A stretch of 61,924 nt of DNA, filler included, from Chiloscyllium plagiosum (lineage: Eukaryota), in the NCBI RefSeq assembly GCF_004010195.1. It is 3 parts of one record of this genome, joined end to end, with 100 filler letters (N's around TTAATTAATTAA, not from the genome) between each part and the next. Parts side by side here need not be neighbours in the genome. Positions count along the whole stretch, not along the records: positions 29,522 to 49,842 come from NC_057710.1; positions 49,943 to 61,924 come from NC_057710.1; 1 more part is not named here. The stretch is one strand, 5' to 3'. Under the pieces are notes generated by a model, which did no database searches, was not told the origin of the DNA, and saw only the letters and a list, made by a program, of their open reading frames with translations. Position numbers and translations under genes: made by a program. Positions 40,426-50,242 of the stretch are shown piece by piece (the first letter of the stretch is position 1; every line of letters starts with the position of its first letter).

Positions 40426-40685
40426 CGGCTGTGGACGCCTCTGCTGCAGCTGGAGAGGGTGGGGGAGGGGTTCCTGCTTGCTGAGAGCTGCGGGCTCCCT
40501 TCCCTTTAGTCATTTTAACTTAGGATTAAATTGTTTAAATATAATATTACACAACTAATTAAATTACACAACTATTATAAATGATTTGGTGAGTGTGGTA
40601 GGGGGTGGGTGACCCACTGTACCCAAGTCTTGGGAGGAGCACTATAGACTCAGTCTTGCTGGGTCGCCGCCATCTTGGATCCCCC
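40426..40685 (-). mobile_element. L1-clade LINE 5' end (5' UTR and ORF1 start)
   Basis: Starts GGGGGATCCAAGATGGCGGC (G-run plus YY1 core); ATG at 40513 opens MTKGKGARSSQQAGTPPPP... running into the gap. Confidence 0.65.
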
Positions 40686-41616
40686 GCAGATGGAGTTTTA
40701 AATTAGATAAATGTGAGGTTCTGCATTTTGGAAAGGCAAATCAGAGCAGGACTTGTCCTGGTTAGTGGTACGTCCTCTGGAGTGTTGCTGAACAAAGAGC
40801 CCTTGGAGTGCAGGTTCATAGCTCCTTGAAAGTGGAGTCTCCGGTAGATAGGATAGTGAAGAAGGCGTTTAGTATCCTTTCCTTTTTTGGTTAGAGAATT
40901 GTGTATTGGAGTTGGGAGGTCATATTGCAGCTGTACAGGACATTGGTTAGGCCATTTTTGGAATATTGTGTACAATTCTAGTCTCCCTCTTATAAAACAA
41001 ACTTGAAAGGGTTTAGAAAAATATTACAAGGATGTTGCCAGGGTTGGATGGTTTGAGCTATATGGAGAGGCTGAATAGGCTGGAACTGTTTTCCCTGGAG
41101 CTTCAGAGGCTGAGGGGTGACCTCATAGAGGTTTATAAAATCATGAGGGGCATGGATAAGATAAATAGCCAAAGTTTTTTTTCCCTGGGCTAGGGGAGTC
41201 CAGAACTAGAGGGCATAGGTTTAGGGTGAAAGGGGAAAGATATAAAAGGAATCTAAGGGGCAACGTTTTCACACAGAGGGTGGGGCATTTATGGAATGAG
41301 CTGCCAGAGTAAGTGGTGGAGGTTGGTACAATTGCAGTATTTAAAAGGCATCTGGATGGGTATATGAATAGGAGGGGTTTAGAGGAATATGGGCCAAGTG
41401 CTCGCAAATGGGACTAGATTAGTTTAGGTTATCTGGTTGGCACGGACGAGTTGGACCGAAGGGTCTGTTTCCGTGTTGTACATCTAAGTGTGTCCTAGTG
41501 TTATTCCAATTAAATCATGTTTATAAAGGTTCCCAATTTACTTCTTTTTTTTTATGGACGTTTTGAAAGTTGAAGTGGGACACAGTCACCAGCATCTTGG
41601 AAAAAGTCAGCAGCAG

Positions 41617-41829
41617 TTGAAACTTTATTGCTGGAACAGCACAGCAGGTCAGGCAGCATCCAGGGAACAGGAGATTCGACGTTTCGGGCACAGGCCCTTC
41701 TTCCTGAAGAAGGGCCTGTGCCCGAAACGTCGAATCTCCTGTTCCCTGGATGCTGCCTGACCTGCTGTGCTGTTCCAGCAATAAAGTTTCAACTTTGATC
41801 TCCAGCATCTGCAGACCTCACTTTCTCCT
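41617..41829. mobile_element. Fold-back PLE terminal-repeat insertion
   Basis: 89-bp inverted arms (41615-41703, 41706-41794), 15-bp TSD aaaagtcagcagcag. Confidence 0.9.
41700..41735 (+). ncRNA. Minimal type I hammerhead ribozyme motif
   Basis: ttc-CTGAAGA-a-gggc ctgt gccc-GAAA-CGTC-gaa: conserved core, 4-bp stem II, short stem I. Confidence 0.7.
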
Positions 41830-42059
41830 AAAAGTCAGCAGCAGCCATGCTCAGGGAAAAGAACTAGATCAGGCTAAAAAGGTAGCTGAGTCAGAAATTC
41901 TAAAAATATTTAGGCAATATTTAGCTCTTCACTTGTGTTGGCAAGGCTTCCAGGGCTGTAGGTCAAGGACTGCAAAATGAGATTAGTGTAGTCAGACCTT
42001 TGTTAACTGATGCAGACACGATGGGCTGTTCTGTAAATGTGTACGAATCTATGAGATGG

Positions 42060-43100
42060 AAAGGGTATGGCTACAAATGGTACAGAAGGTCGACAGTCAT
42101 TCAGTGACCAGGTGGATGAGGACTCGGTGCCACACCAGTGGCCTGATGCAGTGTGGGAGTGAACAGGAGCTGGGTGACAGACCCTTATCTCTGTACACAG
42201 CAACATTGACATGATCACAGTAGACTGAGTGCCTCTTTCTCTTATTGCAAGTGCTCTGTGTCAACACTGAGATGTATCCTCATGCAGGAGGAAGTTATGG
42301 AAGGGACAACAAAGAGGAGTGCGTCAGCTCATGCTGAGAGTGTTGGGGGAGAGCAGCCAGCTCCGACATACCTTGCCTTCATCTTGCAGGAGAAGCATCC
42401 AGTCGATGGCTGTACAGACAGTAAGTAGAGTGCGGAACCTTCATCGTTTCATTGACATTGGCTGTGGTGAGGCTAGAGGCTGGGAAGACCAGAGACATTT
42501 TAATGCTGTATGGACAGATTAAAGACATGAAGGACATCCCTGTCCAATATGTATTGTGACTCATAAGCTGCTGGTATACATGGGCCTGTTTGTACTAATG
42601 TGTCTTCTGAGCAGTCAGCATTCTCATCAACCTTTTCTTTGTGCCTTCTCTACAAGGCTGCGGCCTGAGTCTCACACAGGGAGGCAATCTGACTCCACAG
42701 AGCCAGCACCATCACATCTTAACTCCACACAACTCACCTTGAGAGAGCCACAATCATGGCCTGAGCCGGCAGAACTAGGTGAGCAGCAAATCACAAGGAA
42801 TCGGGAGGAGGAAAATTGGGTAGATCTCTCTGAGATCAGATACAGCCGCAGACCTCCTCCACAGGCTGAAGGTGCTAGGCCTCAGGTGTCATTAAAAAGA
42901 GAGTCTTTCAGAAACGTTCAGACAGATAGAGATGAAATCCTTGTTGTCAGAGACTCCTCAGATATTGTAAACTCAGGCAAACAACAGAGCAGTCCATACA
43001 GTGCACATTGAGTCAGGGGTTTGAGCACATGAAATCCTCCATTGAAAAAATGGCTACCTTCATAGACAGCCATATGTAGCACCAGCCTGATTGGCTATGA
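42060..43100 (+). pseudogene. Decayed Harbinger Myb/SANT-like accessory gene (tentative)
   Basis: Remnants QTVSRVRNLH...IGCGEARG and SQGFEHMKSSIEKMATFIDSH; convergent with a transposase remnant. Confidence 0.4.
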
Positions 43101-43939
43101 GAGCACTGCCCTGACACTCCCAGGAAGACTGAGACTCTGTGACATTAACTGCTCTTGTATTGCTGATGGCAAGAGCTGAAAATGTGTTGCTGGAAAAGCG
43201 CAGCAGGTCAGGCAGCATCCAAGGAACAGGAGAATCGATGTTTCGGGCACAATCCCTTTTTCAGGATGGCAAGAGCTGTATGGATTAGATGTACCCTAGC
43301 TGGTGGCCTTGAATGCGAATGGGCAGCACCACCAAAGAGCTGAAAAGACTGACTGGAAGCAACCCCACAAAGCAGACTGTGATCAGATTTGTTTGGCCCT
43401 CTAATTCAGGACCCATCCCTTCCACTGGGCTCTACAATACAGGCTGCCTTGCGGAGAAGTCGCAAAGGGCACCATCCAAGTGAGAAGAGAAGCCGTGGCC
43501 ATCTCATCGAGATACAAATTACAAAAGAGCAGGCTGGCCCCACCTCAACCTCAGGCACAGAGTGAGCACTGGGTAGGACAGCCCATGAGCACAAGGTACC
43601 ACACCACATGTTTCACTGTATAGGTCATCCGGGGTTGTTTGCTCTGTTTGTGTTTTGATTTGTTTGTGTAGTTGCACAGTTATCATTTGATGGTATCGCA
43701 CAGACTTCTGTGTGTCCTGGCTGCTGGGGACTGAGAAGAAAGTAAAGGAAGGATTTCTAGGGAATGGATCTGATAGATTTGTTGTCAGTGTTGTGTCTGT
43801 AAGATTGGCAAGTGTTGGCAGTGGAGGTCCCATGCTCCATGATGCTAGATAGTAATACAAGTAACCAATGAGTGTACTGGATGGTAAACTTGGCCAGGGG
43901 TACAGGTTCATCCGATATAGACCTGAGACCTACTCAGGC

Positions 43940-44715
43940 AAAGCATTCGGGAAACTGTGTGGTCCATGTCTCCACATCAGCTTGCTAATCTTCGAGGGAT
44001 CTGGGGTGGTGTCAGCACCTTCACTCCAAAAGGCTGACATCGAGCTCCTGTACACTGTCTCCCATACCCTCCTCTTCCAACCCCCCTATCTTTTCCACCC
44101 TCTTCCTTGCTCCAATGAAAAATTGTGTATTATTCCCTTCTGCTTAATTATCTTCAGGCTTCTTCGTAAAATCAGCACACTACAATATCAGGAGGACACT
44201 GCCTGACTGGCCAAGACCAATGAAGTACATCTTTAGAGTTTGAGTGGTCAGCTCAATTGAGGAATTTGTAAGAATATGGCTCTGATTGTGATGTATCTTC
44301 ATCACTGTATCTGAGGACCAGACAAGGCTCTGAAACCACGTCACCACAGATAATCCTTGTCTGGAACTTGGGCTTATCTTAAGAGGAGGATTTGGGACCA
44401 TTGCCCAGGGAACTGAGCATTCACTCACATTAACATCCTGTAGTCACAGACCTGCTGTATATTCAGTGTCTGGAATGTTCTGTGTTGAGGAATCCAGTTG
44501 GTTCATCTGTTGGTGCTTTGATGACTACTTGGTTGGAACTGATGCCCCTCAGAAACTGGAAAGGTCCATTGAGGACTCCAAAGCCCAGTGCTGTCTGTGC
44601 TACTCTGGGTTTCCTGTGTCAAAATGAATGCCATTCCTGCCACGGTGGTGTGATCAGCTGCCAACTGAGAAATGCTACCTATGTCCATGACAGACCTTTT
44701 GAAAATACCTGAACC
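43940..44715 (-). pseudogene. Decayed PIF/Harbinger (HARBI1-like) transposase
   Basis: Colinear remnants SGIFKRSVMDIGSISQLAA; QVVIKAPTDEPTGFLN; FQTLNIQQVCDY..VNAQFPG; DKDY; HNQSHILTNSSIELTTQTLKMYFIGLGQSGSVL. Confidence 0.8.
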
Positions 44716-46075
44716 ACCTGATGAAAGAGCAGTGCTCCGAAAGCTAATGCTTCCAAATAAATCCAAATATATTTAAAGCTGGTTTACAGGCAGAAATTTT
44801 GTTTCTTAGGGAATCGTGGGACATGGAGAGCAGGCAGAACAGTAGAGTTGAAGTCCAACATCCCATTGAATAACAGGCTATACTCTATAAGCCATACTCT
44901 TACATCCTTTGCTAAAGTGTGGGAGCGAGGTTTTGCTTCATTCTCATTTCTTGCATCATTCATGGAAGGAAATCTGCCATCCATTTTTGGTCTGGCCTAT
45001 GTGTGACTCCAGGTCCACAGCGATATGTTTGACTTTTAAGTGTCCTCTGAGCAATTAAAGATGGTGATAAAAGCTGACCTAGCCAGTGACATCCAACTCC
45101 CATGTATGAATAAAACAAAAATTTAAGCTTCACTTAATTGCAATTCAAGTATGTGCAGTTCAATTATTGGTTCATTCAGCAATACTTGTACCCTATCCCA
45201 TTCATTATTGGTTCAACATTTAATTGGTTACTTCATTACTGGGGCTTGTGCCACATGCTGTTGCCTGGGGTACCTCAAAACACGAACAGTCAGGCCTGTA
45301 ATGCTATAGCAACCTAAGATTTTGTCCTTAGTTAACAATTTTCCTTGTCCGACAGATAATATCCTTTATTGTTTCTTTATTTCCCTGTTTCTCATTTCAC
45401 CAGTAACATAGATTAGTGACTCTTCTTTCTGGTTGTTAGGAATGTTTAAAACAAACTCTTCCTTCAAAACAAATGCAAAGTCTTCAAGCATACTCTCCTA
45501 TGATGTAATGTTAATATCCTACTCTTGTGATGAATATTAACACCAAATTCAGATCACAAAGGATGCCCCAAAATACATCACTTTTATTTTGCCAAATATG
45601 CATTCTTTTGTTCTCTAGCATCGTTCTGCATGATCTATGTTGTATTCCTGCTGCTGAAATCCTCAGTCATGCCTTTCTTAACCTCCAGTTTGATTCCAAT
45701 GTTATCTTAGTGAGCCATCCACTTTGAACACTTTGTAAGTTTCAGTTCATCCAAATTGCTGTCCATATGCCAACTTGTAACAATTTTATGTTTATCCCTC
45801 ACTTCTGTATTCTCTGACCAACTTTGGCTCCCAGGCAGCAATGTTTCAATTTTAAATATTTTCATCTTCGCTTTCAACTCCTTTTTATGGCCTTGTGCCT
45901 TCCTGCTTCTGTAATGTCATGCGACCCTATAACCCCCTGAGAGCTTTGCACATCTCTAATTCTAGGGTCTCGCACATCTCTCATTTTTAATGCTTCACAA
46001 TTTACAGCCATACCTCCAGCTGTCACTCTCCAAACTCCAGAATTCCATCTCAAAATCTCCTTACCTCATTCTTCT

Positions 46076-46730
46076 TCCTTAAGTATCAACTTAAAAGATA
46101 CCTCCTTGATCATATTTTTGATAATTGGTCCTAACATCTATATATTATATTTGATAACAATCCTATTATTGCCTTGTATTTTAGCTTTAACATGGATTGA
46201 TTAGAGTAGACTCCCTATAGTGTGGAAACAAGCCCTTCAGCCCAACAAGTTCACACCGACCCTCCAAAGAGTAACCCACCCAGACCACTTCCCTTACCCT
46301 AGATTTACCCCTGATGCACCTAACACTATGGGCAATTTTGCATGGCCAATTCACCTGGTCTGTACGTTTTTGGATTGTAGGACGAAACCAAGCACCCGGA
46401 TCCTTAAGTATCAACTTAAAAGATACCTCCTTGATCATATTTTTGATAATTGGTCCTAACATCTATATATTATATTTGATAACAATCCTATTATTGCCTT
46501 GTATTTTAGCTTTAACATGGATTGATTAGAGTAGATTCCCTATAGTGTGGAAACAAGCCCTTCAGCCCAACAAGTTCACACCGACCCTCCAAAGAGTAAC
46601 CCACCCAGACCCATTCCTTTACCCTAGATTTACCCCTGACTAATGCACCTAACACTATGGGCAATTTCGCATGGCCAATTCACCTGGCCTGTACGTTTTT
46701 GGATTGTAGGAGGAAACCAGAGCACCCGGA
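46076..46730. repeat. 325-bp tandem duplication including part of an HE1 SINE
   Basis: 46076-46400 recurs nearly identically from 46401. Confidence 0.92.
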
Positions 46731-46858
46731 GGAAACCCACACAGACACAGGGAGAATGTGCAAACTCCACACAGACCGTTATCCAAGGCAGGAATCGAAC
46801 CGGGGTCCCTGGCACTGTGAGGCAGCAGTGCTAACCACTGAGCCACCGTGCCACCCCC
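46520..46858 (-). mobile_element. HE1-type SINE, full length
   Basis: tRNA-like head, V-domain, LINE-derived tail. Confidence 0.92.
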
Positions 46859-47339
46859 GATTGAGATCCCAAAAATACATATTTCCATAAAATCAAAGAA
46901 GACTTTAAGTGAATATTACAGTTCATGGTGGATTTTATCTCTCAGTAACAGTGTTAAAAATAGATAAGGATGTTTCAAGAAGTGAACATAACTATTTACA
47001 GCAATCCTTATCCAAGCTGTCCAACCTGCTCAGTTTGTCAGCAGTAATTTTTCATTGCGAAGAAGGCAGTCAGAAATTGCCAGGAATTCATGAGGGACAA
47101 TACCTATTTAATTGTTCACCTCGTAATGGGGTTCATTTCTGCTCATAATAGCTTTTTTTTCCTAAAACATGATACTGCAAAACAAAACCCTCTTGTGACA
47201 ATTTTGCTGAAGCAATAAAGCAACACAAAGATATTTTAATGAATTGTTTGGCGATAAATCTTTTAATGTGCAATTTTCTGATTCTAGCTGGACCAATCTT
47301 CATTTATTCTGGCCAGTGTGATTATTCTTTAACCAAAGC

Positions 47340-49125
47340 ATATGGCATTTTGTTTCAGCTGGACTAGTCAAATGGCAAGATGGAAGGTCATTGTGGTAAT
47401 AGAGCATTCATCAAATATGGCTGTCAAACTGTTATGGTTCATTTCTCAGAATTATCATAAATAATCATTAAATCTCAGACTCATTAACTGATAGACATAA
47501 ACAAGGCACATGGTCAAATACTCATTTGTTTGGCAGGGAAAGTCCTGAGGAATGGAGTGCAGTGGATCAGCTGATAATGGAACTGAATATAACATGTATG
47601 ACAGAACTATCACATCTATACGAGACCTACCCAGATTAGGTGCTCAGGCAGCATTCATTTTAAAGGATTCTGATAAGTAGAGAAATGTGACAACTGTTGA
47701 GCGTAGTTGAAAAGGTACTGGCAAATTAAATATTGGTTGAATGCTTAGCATCAAGGCCAAGAAGTGAAATCAATGGACTGGTGGAATGGATGAAAGGGTA
47801 GAAAGTAAGAAAGTGCATTGCAAGTACCGATTCTTCAGAAACATGCTGGAGAAAGTGCCACCAAAAGTGTAAGAGGGATGTCTTGAAGCTGTGGTCTCCA
47901 TAACATAAAAGTGAAAGTATATGCTGGAATCTGAACAGATTAGATGGCAAACACAAAACAATTACATACCAGAAGCTAAGGTTTTATGATCATGAAGTTT
48001 TGATGGCTGCCAATGAACTTGAGGATAAATTAATAAAACAGACAAATCAAAGACAATTACATAGTTGAGGAGGGATTGGAGATTATTCTTATGTACCATG
48101 CAACCAGCTATGTTAGAGGTGGATTTGTACAGAATAAATTATTTCAGATGGAATTTATAAGACTAAAGTGAAGTTAGTGTCTTGAAGTTTTGAGGAACAA
48201 CTGAGTGATAATGATGCTCGTGGACTGTGTTTTTCCAGCTGCAATCATGAATGCCTTTTGACTTCCTTAGCTCACATACATGGGAGGTGTTCCTGAAACC
48301 ACACAGAGAGACATCAGATTCTGAAAAATTATGGAAACTAAACAAATTAATCTTTGGCCTGAATGCGGCCTTGAGTGTTTTGTATTTCTTGGTGAGATCT
48401 ATTTTGTTGAAAACAGGTTGCATCAACTAACTGCTGGTCCTGAAAATGTTTTATTGATGCCCTTGAAGGAAGCTTTCAGGCATCGACATTGAGCATGCTG
48501 TTGATTTATTCAGGAGCGGTATCTCAGAATTTGAGACATATATTGTCAATAAGGTTGGTGTAAAATTTAAAATTGAAGTTTTTGGTGCCTGTAAATATTT
48601 TGGTTTGGCTATTAAATGAATTAGAGCAAAAGCAAAACACAACAGTTGCTGGAAATCTGAAACAAACACAAAGTGCTGGAGAAACTCAGCAGATATGACA
48701 GTATCTGTGCAGACAGAAACCGAATTAACATTTCAAGTCCCGTACGATTCTTCTTCAGAAACACCCTAATGTGCAAGATATTTTAAGGGAGAATATACAT
48801 GGTCAAATTTACATCTGGAAAAATGTGTACTTAGTTTCCCATTTTTAAAGAACATGTTAGTATTTGTTCTTTCAGTGATACTTCAACTATTAATATTTGA
48901 CTGGTATTCTTGTGTAGCTGATTCCATAATATTTCTTAAAGGTGATGGAATATTTTCCTTTAGAATGGGATGCTAGGGAAACGGTTGTTAAAAGTCTCAC
49001 TGAGGAAACGCTGGATCTTATCAAGTCAATGGTATTGGATTCTATCTGTCAAATATTTGACATTCAATGCAATGGGCATACTGATGATATACTCATTACG
49101 AGTAATGTTGAATATTGTTCATTTT
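47340..49125 (+). pseudogene. Decayed Ty1/Copia pol (RT and RNase H), GalEa-like
   Basis: RWICTE...YKTKVKLVS*SFEE; VFLKP...KLWKLNKLIFGLNAA; LSGIDIEHAVD (decayed HVDD); FSDTS; PLEWDARETVVKSLTEETL; small repeat nested near 48630-48760. Confidence 0.8.
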
Positions 49126-49144
49126 TTTTTCTTCTTTTTTTTTG

Positions 49145-49842
49145 AGTGGGTGTGTTCTAGACCCCAGGCCCTACAGTAGGGCCTCCCTCCCATCCTCCTC
49201 CTCTTAACCTAACTTTAAAGTCCACAGGTAAGCTACTCAGTGTTCTTGCTCTCACAGAATGAGTTAGGGAACTGGAACTGGAGTTGGATGAACTGAGGAT
49301 TATTTGAGAGGCTGAGAAGGTGATAGATAGAAGCTACAGGGACATAGTTACGCCAGAGAACAGAGGTAGCTGGGTAACAGTTAGAGGTGGGAAGGGGAGG
49401 AAGCAGGCACTGCAAGGATCCCCTGTGGTAATTCCCCTAAACAATAAGTATACCGCTTTGAATACTGGTGGGAGGGACAGCCTAGCAGAGGTAAGCTGCA
49501 GTGACCGGGTCTCTGGCACGAGGTCCGGCTCTGAGACTCAGAAGAGAAAGGGGGAGAGGAGCAGAGCGCTAGTTATAGGAGACTCTCTAGTTAGAGGGAC
49601 AGACAGGCGGTTCTGTGGGCATGGGCGAGACTCTCGGATGGTTTGTTGCCTCCCGGGTGCCAGGGTCCGAGACGTCGCGGACCGTGTCTTCAGAATCCTT
49701 AAGGGGGAGGGTGTGCAGCCAGAAGTCGTGGTGCACACTGGCACCAACGAAACAGGTAGGAAAAGGGGTGGGCAGGTCATTCAGGAGCTCAGGGAGTTAG
49801 GCTGGAAGCTAAAAGCTAGGACAGACAGAGTCGTCATCTCTG
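49145..49842 (+). mobile_element. CR1 LINE ORF1 with SGNH/GDSL esterase domain
   Basis: Open frame with LVIGDSLVRG...CLPGARVRDV...VVVHTGTN, truncated by the gap. Confidence 0.92.
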
Positions 49843-50242
49843 NNNNNNNNNNNNNNNNNNNNNNNNNNNNNNNNNNNNNNNNNNNNTTAATTAATTAANN
49901 NNNNNNNNNNNNNNNNNNNNNNNNNNNNNNNNNNNNNNNNNNGGTAGGTTCTTTACCCAGAGAGTGATGGGGGCAAGGAATGCGCTGCCTGTGGGAGTGG
50001 CAGAGTCAGAATCACTGGTGACCTTTAAGCGGCAATTGGATAGTTACATGGATGGGTGCTTAAGCTAGGACAAATGTTCGGCACAACATCGTGGGCTGAA
50101 GGGCCTGTTCTGTGCTGTATTGTTCTATGTTCTATGGGGTTAAGGAGCTGGTGTAGGCGGGATGATTTCAGATATGTGGATCATGAGCATTACTTCTAGC
50201 ACAGGTGGGATCTGTACAAGAAGGATGGATTGCACTTAAACT

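Larger units (their letters stand above)
36340..41487 (+). mobile_element. Near-full-length disrupted CR1/HER1 LINE (5' UTR, ORF1, ORF2)
   Basis: ORF1 zinc finger (ICSSC...VCRKC), esterase remnant (NAWLRSW...DRLHLN), APE motifs (YYRPP, GDFNFPNIDW, LDLLL), RT, 3' UTR; interrupted by an HE1 SINE, an N-gap and an L1 5' end. Confidence 0.88.

Noticed and set aside
41615..41794. Hairpin as miRNA precursor, DNA-transposon MITE or terminator
   Set aside because: 15-bp TSD, asymmetric tail and identity with PLE terminal repeats indicate retrotransposition
48942..49145. ORF resembling a host exon with a good acceptor
   Set aside because: Matches Copia RNase H motifs colinear with the upstream RT remnants
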